In this document: positions 7,225-16,255 of the stretch, piece after piece | How the letters are laid out: every line of letters begins with the position of its first letter | Numbering within the stretch: the first letter of the stretch is position 1 | DNA from: Candidatus Heimdallarchaeota archaeon | Lineage (GTDB): Archaea; Asgardarchaeota; Heimdallarchaeia; Heimdallarchaeales; JAJRWK01 | Direction: 5' to 3' | DNA: 24,000 nucleotides | NCBI GenBank assembly: GCA_027061945.1 | Contig: JAMOVR010000210.1 | Span: 9,977-33,976, forward strand | Notes under the pieces: generated by a model | Database searches by the model: none | Seen by the model: only the letters and a program-made list of their open reading frames with translations | What the model was told of the DNA's origin: nothing | Made by a program: the position numbers and the translations under genes

Positions 7225-8424
7225 ATGAAAGCACTTATATTAGCAGGCGGAAAAGGAGAAGAACTATTTCCTATCGCTGTAGGAAAACCTAAGGGGCTAG
7301 TAAAAATTGTGGGAAAACCAGTTTTGCAAAGAATAATAGAAGCTCTATCATCAAATGGAGTAAATGATGTTACAATTGTAGTAGACAAGGATGATACACA
7401 AATCCAAGATTTTTTTGGAAATGGAAACAATTTTGGTATAAGAATAAAATATGTTAAACAGGTTGAATACGGTATTGAAAAAGCAATTTTGTCTGCTGAA
7501 AAAGAAATGAGCAATGAAAATAATTTTTTGTTATTGCATAGTGACATAATTTTTGAAGACACTTTTATTACAAAAGTTCTTAATACCTTTGAAAATACCA
7601 GTAGTGAAATAGTTTTAGGGCTGGCTCTTCAGGGAGAAGTTCAAGAATTTGGAGTCGCAAAAATTAATTCCCAAGGTTTTGTTGATAAAATTATTACTGG
7701 AGAAAAAGGACTTGGTAACTATGTTATTGCAGGTATTTCTTTAATGACAAGTGAAATCTTTGATTACTTAAAAAAAACAAGCTCCTTTATTGATGCACTA
7801 AACAAGACCATTTCAGATGGAAAAAAGATTGCTGCTGCTGTTTGGCCATATACATGGATTGATATTGGAAGACCATGGGACATTATAAATGCAAATAAAT
7901 TCATTTTATCTAAATTGGATAAACAGATTATTTCTTCCAAAGCAGAGATATCTAACTCAAAAATAATTGGCCCAGTAATTATTGAAGAGGACGTTACTAT
8001 TAAAGAAGGAGCAGTTATAAGAGGACCTGCCTATATCGGAAAAAACGCATATATTGGAAATAATACATTAATAAGAGAATTTTCAACTTTAGAAAATAAT
8101 TCTGTTGTTGGTATGGGTGTTGAATTAAAGAACTCTGTAATAATGCCTCATGGAACAATACACCGATTAAGCTATGTAGGTGATAGTGTAATTGATGAAT
8201 ATGCGGTATTATCCTCAGGAACAATTACAGTAAATTATATACCTGGGCAACAAGAGATCATAGTTAAAGTAAAAGATAAACAAGTAAATACCGGTTTAAT
8301 GAAGTTAGGTGCATTTATAGGACATCATGCTAGAATTGGTGTGCATTCCACGATTTACCCTGGAATAAAAATCAGTCCCAATAAAACGATTCCACATGGC
8401 TCAGTAGTAAAGAAAGACATCTGA
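7225..8424 (+). CDS. Sugar-1-phosphate nucleotidylyltransferase with C-terminal left-handed beta-helix (GlmU/archaeal bifunctional type)
   Basis: 399 aa; MKALILAGGKGEELFPIAVGKPKGLVKIVGKPVLQRII; hexapeptide-like repeats IGPVIIEEDVTIKEGAVIRGPAYIGKNAYIGNN; same strand as glmS upstream. Confidence 0.9.
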   Translation: MKALILAGGKGEELFPIAVGKPKGLVKIVGKPVLQRIIEALSSNGVNDVTIVVDKDDTQIQDFFGNGNNFGIRIKYVKQVEYGIEKAILSAEKEMSNENNFLLLHSDIIFEDTFITKVLNTFENTSSEIVLGLALQGEVQEFGVAKINSQGFVDKIITGEKGLGNYVIAGISLMTSEIFDYLKKTSSFIDALNKTISDGKKIAAAVWPYTWIDIGRPWDIINANKFILSKLDKQIISSKAEISNSKIIGPVIIEEDVTIKEGAVIRGPAYIGKNAYIGNNTLIREFSTLENNSVVGMGVELKNSVIMPHGTIHRLSYVGDSVIDEYAVLSSGTITVNYIPGQQEIIVKVKDKQVNTGLMKLGAFIGHHARIGVHSTIYPGIKISPNKTIPHGSVVKKDI

Positions 8425-8786
8425 AATTTTTCCCCATTGAAATACTGTAGTTTTGTCAATATATCTTGGATTTTGAATTTGATTCATTTTCTTCATTTTT
8501 TAACACCGCCCTGCATTATCTGTTTGTCACAACATTCTTAATAAAATACTTACATCCACTTCTGGATGTTTATCTTGCCAAGCTTTTTAGCACTCATTGG
8601 TCGGTACGTTGAAACTTATAATTATTATCATTATTAAGCATGGATATCCAGTTTTAGCTAAATATCTATGCACATTATCTTGACACCCCAAAAAACGAGA
8701 CTTTCACGCAGCAATTCGATAGAATACACGGACATGTTTTTCTCGTATTACCTTACTTGACAATCATTTTCAGATCTATATTTATT

Positions 8787-8972
8787 ATGTATATTAGGAG
8801 ACTCACTAAGAGGTATAAAAATAAAGATGGTCAAATTGTGGAGAGGACATATTATTATAAATATAAAAGTATAAGACGGGGTAATAAAATAATTAGCGTA
8901 TATCTTGGGAAGGCTACAGAAGAAGAATTCTTAAAACAGTATGAAAGAGAGATAAGAGCGAATAATATTTAG
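8787..8972 (+). CDS. Small basic protein of unknown function, faintly like the N-terminal segment of IS1634/IS4-type transposases (start at 8787 preferred over 8757)
   Basis: MYIRRLTKRYKNKDGQIVERTYYYKYKSIRRGNKIISVYLGKATEEEFLKQYEREI. Confidence 0.6.
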   Translation: MYIRRLTKRYKNKDGQIVERTYYYKYKSIRRGNKIISVYLGKATEEEFLKQYEREIRANNI

Positions 8973-9087
8973 TTGGGAGGTAGAATTAATGAAATTAAAC
9001 ATTGTAAAAATTAAGCACCCCTCCTTATTTTAGTAGAATAGTTTTTGTTTTTGCTTTTTTTTAGAGAACACACTGGTGAATAAAATG

Positions 9088-10632
9088 AGACTAGTGGAAT
9101 GCGTACCTAATTTTTCGGAAGGACGTAATATCGAGATAATCGATAAAATTGTTAATGAGATGATTTCTGTCCCAGGAGTATACCTCTTAGATCGTGAATC
9201 AGATAAAGACCATAATCGAAGCGTAATTACAATTGTCGGTACTCCTGAAGCTGTAGCAGAAGCTGCATTCAGAGGGACAAAAAAAGCGATGGAATTGATA
9301 GATCTAAATAAGCATCAAGGAGAGCATCCAAGAATTGGTGCTACGGATGTAATTCCATTTATTCCTATTTCAAACGTGTCAATGGAAGAATGTATAGAAC
9401 TCGCTAAAAAATTAGCTAAAAGGATCAGTGACGAGCTAAAAATACCCACATATTTGTATGAGGAAGCTGCTACGCGTGAAGACCGGCGTAATTTAGCAAA
9501 TATTAGGAAAGGCCAGTTTGAGGGGTTAAAAGAAGCAATAAAAACCGACCCCGATCGAGCTCCAGATTTTGGTCCTCGAGAACTGCACCCCACCGCGGGA
9601 GCAACGGTTGTAGGGGCAAGATACCCCCTAATTGCATTTAATGTTTACTTAGGAACGAATGATATAGAAATTGCAAAACAAATTGCTAGAAATGTAAGAT
9701 ATAGTTCAGGTGGCTTACGCTATGTAAAAGCAATGGGATTTGAAATTAAGGAGAGAAATTTAGTTCAGGTTTCAATGAATATGGTTAATTATAAAGGAAC
9801 ACCATTATACAGAGTTTTTGAGTTAATCAGAGCGGAAGCAAGGAGGTATGGTGTATCAATTGTTGAAGGAGAAATTGTTGGATTAGTACCTCAAGAAGCC
9901 CTTTATGATACAAGTGAATTTTACCTACAATTAAACAATTTCTCTAAGGATCAAATATTGGAAGTAAGGCTCCAAAAAGTGTTAGAAGAAAATAAACAAA
10001 AACTTGTTTCACAAGAGATAGGAGAATTTTTAGAAAACCTTAGCAGTGATGCTCCGGTACCCGGTGGAGGTTCTGCAGCGGCATTGACTGCTGCAATGGG
10101 AGCTTCACTTGGCTCGATGGTCTTGAGAATTACGCTGAAAAAAGAGGAGCTAAAAGACGTCCATAATGATGCAAATAAGCTTTTAATGAAAATTGAGGGG
10201 GCTAGAAAAAGATTAATTGAATTAATAGATGAGGACTCAAATGCATTTAATTCAGTAATGAAAGCTTTTCGATTACCAAAAACAACGGATGAGGAAAAAG
10301 AAAAAAGAAAACAAGAGATTCAAAATGCCTTTAAATATGCATCTCAAGTACCTCTAGAAACAGCAAAAACTGCATTAATAGTATTAAAGGAAATGGAACA
10401 TATTGCGAAAATTGGATATGTTGACGCTATTTCCGATTGTGGGAGTGGAGTAAAAATGTTAGAAGCAGGAATTGAAAGCGCATTATTAAACGTAAAAATT
10501 AATCTTAATTACATTAAAGACGAAGAATTTGTTACAAATATGAAAAAAGAGATTCAAGAAATAGAAAAAGAGACAAAAGAATATTCAATAAAAATTTTTA
10601 ATACTGTTTTAAGTAAAATTGAGGGTCAATAA
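9088..10632 (+). CDS. Bifunctional glutamate formimidoyltransferase / formimidoyltetrahydrofolate cyclodeaminase (track ORF opens at 9076)
   Basis: MRLVECVPNFSEGRNIEIIDKIV...LYLLDRE-type formiminotransferase N-domain; C-domain SSDAPVPGGGSAAALTAAMGASLGSMV is typical of cyclodeaminases. Confidence 0.92.
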   Translation, partial: RLVECVPNFSEGRNIEIIDKIVNEMISVPGVYLLDRESDKDHNRSVITIVGTPEAVAEAAFRGTKKAMELIDLNKHQGEHPRIGATDVIPFIPISNVSMEECIELAKKLAKRISDELKIPTYLYEEAATREDRRNLANIRKGQFEGLKEAIKTDPDRAPDFGPRELHPTAGATVVGARYPLIAFNVYLGTNDIEIAKQIARNVRYSSGGLRYVKAMGFEIKERNLVQVSMNMVNYKGTPLYRVFELIRAEARRYGVSIVEGEIVGLVPQEALYDTSEFYLQLNNFSKDQILEVRLQKVLEENKQKLVSQEIGEFLENLSSDAPVPGGGSAAALTAAMGASLGSMVLRITLKKEELKDVHNDANKLLMKIEGARKRLIELIDEDSNAFNSVMKAFRLPKTTDEEKEKRKQEIQNAFKYASQVPLETAKTALIVLKEMEHIAKIGYVDAISDCGSGVKMLEAGIESALLNVKINLNYIKDEEFVTNMKKEIQEIEKETKEYSIKIFNTVLSKIEGQ

Positions 10633-10735
10633 ATTGGGAATGTAAAAATAATTTAAGAAATTTTTGAGAAAAAAGGATTGAAATGTTAAAACTTTTTTCA
10701 ATAAACTTTTTACTTATTAATTCACTATATCCCTT

Positions 10736-11500
10736 GTGCAAGTCCAAGCCTACTGTCCAGTTTGTAAAAAGACATTTTCGTATGATGTTGAGATTGAATT
10801 ACAACTAAGAAATAGTAATGGTGAGCAATCAGCAGATTTAATGGGGATTCCTTTACCACGTCAGAACTTTACTGCCTCTAGCGGACTTTATTCATATAGC
10901 GTAATACATGATGATCACATTCTTGTGCTAGAAATTGACCGGAATGGAACCGTAAGAAAAACTGAAACAGTTAGTTTAATTCAAACAAGCTCACAAAAAA
11001 TTATCGCAGGACTTACTGCTACATTATGGGATGTGTCTTCAAAATCAAAGAAATTGTTAATTGTTAGTGAGAGAGATATATGGAGAAGAGTATTGGAATT
11101 AGTAGCAAGTCAATTATTTATTGACAAGGTAAATCATGAGCCTACAGAGTTATTAGGATCCTTTAGTAAAGATGGAGGAGTACTTAAAGTTGGAAAAGTC
11201 CAGCTAAAAGTAATAAACGATTTTAAGAGAATTTCAAAAGAAAAGGGGTCATATACTGATTTGGTAGTAGATATCACATCAATTATAGATAAAAATCCGT
11301 CAAAATATGTAGGTGATTTTAAAGCAACAGGACTAATCGCTATGACCTTTAGTGAAAAGAATGTTCAGCAAAATAAAGAATTCCTAAACAAATGGTTTGA
11401 TGCATTTTTAGATAAGGCAAGGGGAGAAGATGTTTTAATCTATGACTCTTCAGATATGAGAAACACTGTTAAGATTTTGAATTCATTGCTACAAAATTAG
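10736..11500 (+). CDS. Conserved-looking protein of unknown function with N-terminal CPVC motif (GTG start)
   Basis: 254-aa intact ORF, MQVQAYCPVCKKTFSYDVEIELQLRNSNGEQSADLMGIPLPRQNF...; long ORF in an intergenic gap. Confidence 0.75.
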   Translation: MQVQAYCPVCKKTFSYDVEIELQLRNSNGEQSADLMGIPLPRQNFTASSGLYSYSVIHDDHILVLEIDRNGTVRKTETVSLIQTSSQKIIAGLTATLWDVSSKSKKLLIVSERDIWRRVLELVASQLFIDKVNHEPTELLGSFSKDGGVLKVGKVQLKVINDFKRISKEKGSYTDLVVDITSIIDKNPSKYVGDFKATGLIAMTFSEKNVQQNKEFLNKWFDAFLDKARGEDVLIYDSSDMRNTVKILNSLLQN

Positions 11501-11537
11501 AGATTGATTTTAAATTTTTTAGTTTTTTATTAATCAT

Positions 11538-12221
11538 TTAGTAATTAATAAGTACTTTTGCCATTTTAGTAAGAATCGTTTCTGGATCTTTTGATTTTGT
11601 TATTCCAGATGCTAATAATACACCATGGCTACCCATTCTTAAAGCTTCTTCAAGATGAGCTGGAGACTTAACACCGGCACCGACTAACGGGATAACCTTT
11701 TTAGAAGCTTCTTTTATTCGATTAATCGTTTCTTCAACTATTTCTGGTTTGGTTGTTACTGAAACATCTCCGCCGATTAGTTCAGGTGGCTCCATTGCAA
11801 CTGCCCAAGGTTCTAAAGAGGCTACTGCTTTACTTATAAGAGGGTCTGCAGCACAAACTACAGAATAAAGGGTGTTATGGTTTAATTGCTCAATTGCTTG
11901 TTTGATATGGTCTATTTTTATTCTTCTTTCAGAATGATTTAGAAGCGAGCCAGAAACACCTATTTCTTTTAGGTGAAACGCAGATATGTGACCCGTATTT
12001 GCCCCTAATTCAATAGGATCTGTGTGCTGAGAAAAAACAGGAATATCAACATTCTCTGAGATTATTGCTAGATCTGGTAAGCTAGGTACTGCTATTAACG
12101 AAGCACTAAATTCATTGGAAACTTTCTCCATAATTTTTGCTAATTTTAAAGCATTGTTTCCTATTGATTGCGGATAAATTTTGAAATTAACAATTAATAC
12201 TGGGAGTTCAATTTTAGGCAT
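11538..12221 (-). CDS. tpiA: Triosephosphate isomerase (archaeal short type)
   Basis: 227 aa; PVLIVNFKIYPQSIGNNALKLAK, SGSLLNHSERR, VAMEPPELIGG, VPLVGAGV-like IPLVGAGVKSPAHLEEALRMGSHGVLLASG. Confidence 0.94.
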   Translation of the reverse strand: MPKIELPVLIVNFKIYPQSIGNNALKLAKIMEKVSNEFSASLIAVPSLPDLAIISENVDIPVFSQHTDPIELGANTGHISAFHLKEIGVSGSLLNHSERRIKIDHIKQAIEQLNHNTLYSVVCAADPLISKAVASLEPWAVAMEPPELIGGDVSVTTKPEIVEETINRIKEASKKVIPLVGAGVKSPAHLEEALRMGSHGVLLASGITKSKDPETILTKMAKVLINY

Positions 12222-12323
12222 CTTTAAAAATAAAAAATAATAATTACAAATTTTTTATGGTTCTTGTTTTATTGAAAAGTAACTGTTGCTGGTGTTTATA
12301 TACAGTTCTCGAGATAAAATATT

Positions 12324-13667
12324 ATGTTTAGTAGAAAAAAATCAGGCGGAATAAAAATTACTGATCTTAATCCGACTGAAAAAAAATTCCTTGTTTTGTT
12401 TAGTATAAGTAAATTATATTTTGTTACTTCAATAATTATCATTTATTTATTATCAAAAGGATTTTCTTTTGTTGAAATAGCGATTTTAGACGCTACTTTT
12501 TGGGGAGCAATTTTCATATTTGAAATTCCAACAGGATGGGTTGCAGATAAATATGGTAGAAAAGTGTCGTTGTTTTTTTCATATTTATTTCAGGCATTTT
12601 CATTATTGCTATTATTTTTTGAAGAAGTGTTTTACCTATTGTTATTATCTTTTTTAATTTGGGGAATTGCAACAACATTACGATCAGGAGCCGAACAAGC
12701 ATGGATCTATGATCAAATAATATTTGAGACTACAAACGAAAAACAAGAGCTAAGTTCAATTGATTATAGGTTCCATGGAGTATTTAGCTTATTAATGGCA
12801 ACTGGACTAATAGCAAAAGGTTTAGGAGATATAATTGGTGGCATTATTGCTTCAATAAATCTTTCATTACCGATTCTACTTACAGCACTTACATCTTTAA
12901 TCTCAGCACTATTTCTATTGATCATACCTGAGAAACGTCCTAAAACAATAAATACTGCACATAGGAACAAATACAAAAATTCTATTTTGAAAGCTTTAAA
13001 TGAATTAATTTCAAATGAAGCGATTTTTTTATTCACATCAATAATATTAATTGCCACAATAAACAGTTCATTATTAACATGGTCTCAAGCATTTTTTAAA
13101 AATGAGCTTGGAATTGACATTATATTAATTGGTGGGATATATGGAGCAACTACTTTTTTAAGCGCATTAGGAAGTAGTAAATCCCAATTTTTTAACAATA
13201 AATTAGGAGAAAAATTTAATTTGCTATTACCTTCTATCTTAGGAATTATTTTTTTCATAATCGGGATGGGAATCAAAATACTATCAATAAGTCTTTATGT
13301 GTTCGGCGCATTCTTTGCGGGGCTATTAAATCCCTTTTTAATAGCTAAAATTAATGGGTATTTATCTTCTGAGACAAGAGCCACTGCACTTTCGATAATA
13401 TCCTCAATAACGACAGTTGGAGTAATTATCATCGAAATAATAACAGCACTAATTATTAATCAATTAGGTTTTTCGTGGTTTTATTATTTTGTAGCAATGT
13501 TTTATATGGCAATAATTGGCCCTCTACTAATACTATGGAAGAAAAAAAGAGATTTGAGATTAGAAAAAGAGAACCAAGAGAAAAAGAATGAAACAACAGA
13601 ACGACAGAACATGCAAAATAACCGTCTAGATGAAAAAGAAAAACAAACATTGATTGTTACTTTATAA
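12324..13667 (+). CDS. Major facilitator superfamily transporter
   Basis: 447 aa; multiple TM segments, EIPTGWVADKYGRKVSLFFSYLFQ signature. Confidence 0.88.
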   Translation: MFSRKKSGGIKITDLNPTEKKFLVLFSISKLYFVTSIIIIYLLSKGFSFVEIAILDATFWGAIFIFEIPTGWVADKYGRKVSLFFSYLFQAFSLLLLFFEEVFYLLLLSFLIWGIATTLRSGAEQAWIYDQIIFETTNEKQELSSIDYRFHGVFSLLMATGLIAKGLGDIIGGIIASINLSLPILLTALTSLISALFLLIIPEKRPKTINTAHRNKYKNSILKALNELISNEAIFLFTSIILIATINSSLLTWSQAFFKNELGIDIILIGGIYGATTFLSALGSSKSQFFNNKLGEKFNLLLPSILGIIFFIIGMGIKILSISLYVFGAFFAGLLNPFLIAKINGYLSSETRATALSIISSITTVGVIIIEIITALIINQLGFSWFYYFVAMFYMAIIGPLLILWKKKRDLRLEKENQEKKNETTERQNMQNNRLDEKEKQTLIVTL

Positions 13668-13700
13668 TTAATTAATCATACGTAACAAAATAATATATGG

Positions 13701-13785
13701 TGCGGGGGGCGAGATTTGAACTCGCGAACTCCTAAGAGAACAGGACCTAAACCTGCCGCCTTTGACCGGGCTTGGCGACCCCCGC
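13701..13785 (-). tRNA. tRNA-Leu (anticodon UAG)
   Basis: Minus strand GCGGGGGTCGCCAAGCCCGGTCAAAGGCGGCAGGTTTAGGTCCTGTTCTCTTAGGAGTTCGCGAGTTCAAATCTCGCCCCCCGCA; acceptor stem, long variable arm and anticodon loop TTTAGGT all fit. Confidence 0.95.
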
Positions 13786-14003
13786 AATGTTTCTATTTTC
13801 TTTTTCATACAATGGTATTTTTATCAATTTCGCTGTAATCAAGTTATTTCTTAATTTCATTCATAAGACAGAAGGCACAGATATGAAAATATTGCGACAA
13901 AATATCATGGGAATTCTTGTTTGAAAAATGATTTCAGTAGTATATATACTAAACACGATACTTACTATTGAGCTTCGGCTCACAAACAAGGAGTGATTGA
14001 GAA

Positions 14004-14063
14004 ATGAAAGGCAAGAAAACATTATTCTACGTACCCCCACCATACCCCGGAAGATGGTGGTAA
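14004..14063 (+). other. Candidate 19-aa microprotein or leader peptide MKGKKTLFYVPPPYPGRWW
   Basis: ATG preceded by AAGGAG (10 nt upstream) and a UUCG hairpin at 13969-13982. TATA-like AGTATATATACT at about 13938-13950. Poly-T tract after the ORF. Confidence 0.35.
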
Positions 14064-14120
14064 GTAAAATAAGATAATAAAAAATTCCCCTCCTTTTTTT
14101 ATTTTTTTAATCCTATCTGA

Positions 14121-14340
14121 CTAAAACCCCTTTTCTTCTGGAAAGGTAAAGGATAAAAACTGTTGTGAAGGTAGATCGTATCTTATAGATTGATACAAAA
14201 TTTGGCAGTCTCTAGCGCCCGTAGAGAGGTCTTCATAAGATTCCTCTCTTATCAAGTCATTTCCTTACAAAGAAGTGATTTAATGACACGCTTCTTTAAG
14301 GTGTAGCAACTCCCTTGCGAAACAAGTAGTAGCTTACAAC
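14121..14340 (+). repeat. Copy G of the tnpB-tail/omega-RNA-like repeat element
   Basis: CCCTTTTCTTCTGGAAA (14128-14144) and AAGGTAGATCGTAT (14168-14181) are identical to copy E at similar spacing (40 vs 44 nt), followed by GATACAAAATTTGGCAGTCT. The 3' part has CTTGCGAAACAAG then TAGCTTAC. Confidence 0.6.
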
Positions 14341-14511
14341 ATTTCACTTATAATTAATATTTGAAATAAAAAAGGAGAAAAAACTAAAAAGAGCCCCTAA
14401 TATGAGGGAATAATTGATTTACAAGCTTGATTTTATTACTCCACTTTAAATTTACTCTGTGTTTATATTAAAAAACAAAATTTGAATAATAATAGATAGA
14501 TAAAGATGAGT

Positions 14512-15837
14512 ATGGCAGACGAGAATACTAAATCCAAGCGTAGTAAAAGAAAGAAAATTTCAGAAAAAGAAGAAGAAAACTTAATTACAGAGGAAATAAA
14601 AATAGAAGATAAAAACGAGATTAAAAAAGAAGTTGATAAAGAAAATTTACCAGAATTAAAATTAGAAGAGGTCCCAGGTATTGGGCCAACAACTGCACAA
14701 AAACTTAGAGCTGGCAATATTAATTCTCCACATGAGATAATGAAAGCAAAGCTTTCAGAATTAGAAGAATTAGGAATAAAAAGACCGTTAGCTAAAAGAA
14801 TAAGGGCCAGTATTAAACAACTATTTCCTGAAATTTATAAAGACTTTGAAGAAGAATTATCGTTAGAAGATATCGAAGGTATTGGGCCGACAACAGCAAA
14901 AGCTCTAAGAGAAAAAGGGTTAACAATACAGATCTTAGAGACAACACCAATAAGGGAATTAGAAGAAAAATATGGGCTTTCTCAGACTCTTGCCCAGAAA
15001 TATCAGACATATATAAGACAATATATTAGGGGAGACATATTTGTAGATGGCCTAACAATTTTAAGACAGCAAGAAGTGGCACCTACATTTACTTTTGGAG
15101 CAAAATCCTTAGATCAATTAACCACTATTCCAGATGTGAGCAGGGGAGGAATAAGATTAGGAGAGACCTATGAGTTCTTTGGTGCATTTAGATCAGGTAA
15201 ATCCCAGATCTCTCATCAATTATGCGTAACAGTACAATTACCACCAGAGTTAGGGGGAGTCGGAAAAAAAGCTGTATTCATAGACACTGAAGGAACGTTT
15301 AGCCCTACAAGAATCAAGCAGATGGCCGAACGATTTCAAAGAGAATTAGGATGGGAGAAAAGCTATGAAGATGTTTTAAAAGATATTTTATATGCAAGGG
15401 CATATACTAGTGATCATCAGCAAGCAATAGTATCAAAACTATTTGAAGTATTTACTGAACATCCTAATGAGTTTGGATTAGTAGTTGTTGATTCTGTATC
15501 CGCTCATTTTAGAGCTGAATTTGCAGGAAGAGGAACACTTGCTGAGAGACAACAAATATTGAATTATCATTTAAGCGTGTTGCATAGATTAGCAGACACT
15601 TTCGGGGTGGCAATTGTAGTAACAAACCAGGTACAAGCAAATCCAGGTCAATTTTTCGGGGATCCTACACAAGCAATTGGAGGTAATATTATTGGTCATT
15701 GGGCAAGAACAAGGATTTATTTGAGAAAATCAAAAGGAGAAAAAAGGATTGCAAGAATATTTGATTCTCCAGTATTACCTGAAAACGAGACTGTGTTCGC
15801 TATAACCCCTGATGGTGTTGTAGATCCTGACGAGTAG
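14512..15837 (+). CDS. radA: DNA repair/recombination protein RadA with tandem HhH domains (track ORF opens at 14506)
   Basis: EFFGAFRSGKSQISHQLCVTVQLPPELGGVGKKAVFIDTEGTFSPTRIKQMAERF; VVTNQVQANPGQFFGDPTQAIGGNIIGHWARTRIYLRK; two HhH repeats. Confidence 0.95.
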   Translation: MADENTKSKRSKRKKISEKEEENLITEEIKIEDKNEIKKEVDKENLPELKLEEVPGIGPTTAQKLRAGNINSPHEIMKAKLSELEELGIKRPLAKRIRASIKQLFPEIYKDFEEELSLEDIEGIGPTTAKALREKGLTIQILETTPIRELEEKYGLSQTLAQKYQTYIRQYIRGDIFVDGLTILRQQEVAPTFTFGAKSLDQLTTIPDVSRGGIRLGETYEFFGAFRSGKSQISHQLCVTVQLPPELGGVGKKAVFIDTEGTFSPTRIKQMAERFQRELGWEKSYEDVLKDILYARAYTSDHQQAIVSKLFEVFTEHPNEFGLVVVDSVSAHFRAEFAGRGTLAERQQILNYHLSVLHRLADTFGVAIVVTNQVQANPGQFFGDPTQAIGGNIIGHWARTRIYLRKSKGEKRIARIFDSPVLPENETVFAITPDGVVDPDE

Positions 15838-15845
15838 AAAATAAA

Positions 15846-16094
15846 TTAATCCGTTTTTTTTAGCTCTTTTAAAATCAAGTTTCTTAATCCCACAACACTA
15901 GTAGTTTTGGAAACCCCAGATTCTTCTTCAATTTTTTCTAATAATTTATCATCTACTTGTTCTTTTTGCATTGAAGCAATTTTCTCTTCGTAATCCTTTA
16001 ATTTCTCGCGGTATTCCTCCTCAGTAATTATTCCTTGTTTATATTTTTCGTATTCACTTAATATCCACCTATAAAGTTTCTCTGCTTCTTCCAT
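15846..16094 (-). CDS. Small putative coiled-coil protein of unknown function
   Basis: 82 aa; MEEAEKLYRWILSEYEKYKQGIITEEEYREKLKDYEEKIASMQKE... Confidence 0.6.
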   Translation of the reverse strand: MEEAEKLYRWILSEYEKYKQGIITEEEYREKLKDYEEKIASMQKEQVDDKLLEKIEEESGVSKTTSVVGLRNLILKELKKTD

Positions 16095-16255
16095 GTCATT
16101 TTCACTCCAAAAACTAGATGCTTTAGGGTATAAAAATCTATGTTCATCTACTCTTTAGTGCATTTTATTTTTTCTGATATTTCGAAGAGACACATCCAGA
16201 CCAATTTAACGCCTATTTATAACTAAATCAGAACACAATATAGGAGGTAACAAAA

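Noticed and set aside
7128-7562. Minus-strand 144-aa ORF overlapping the nucleotidylyltransferase start (also 8015-8224)
   Set aside because: Antisense to a clear enzyme gene; no domain evidence.
12514-13650. Minus-strand ORFs within the MFS transporter (12514-12702, 12764-13057, 13085-13276, 13456-13650)
   Set aside because: Shadow ORFs antisense to a clear transporter gene.
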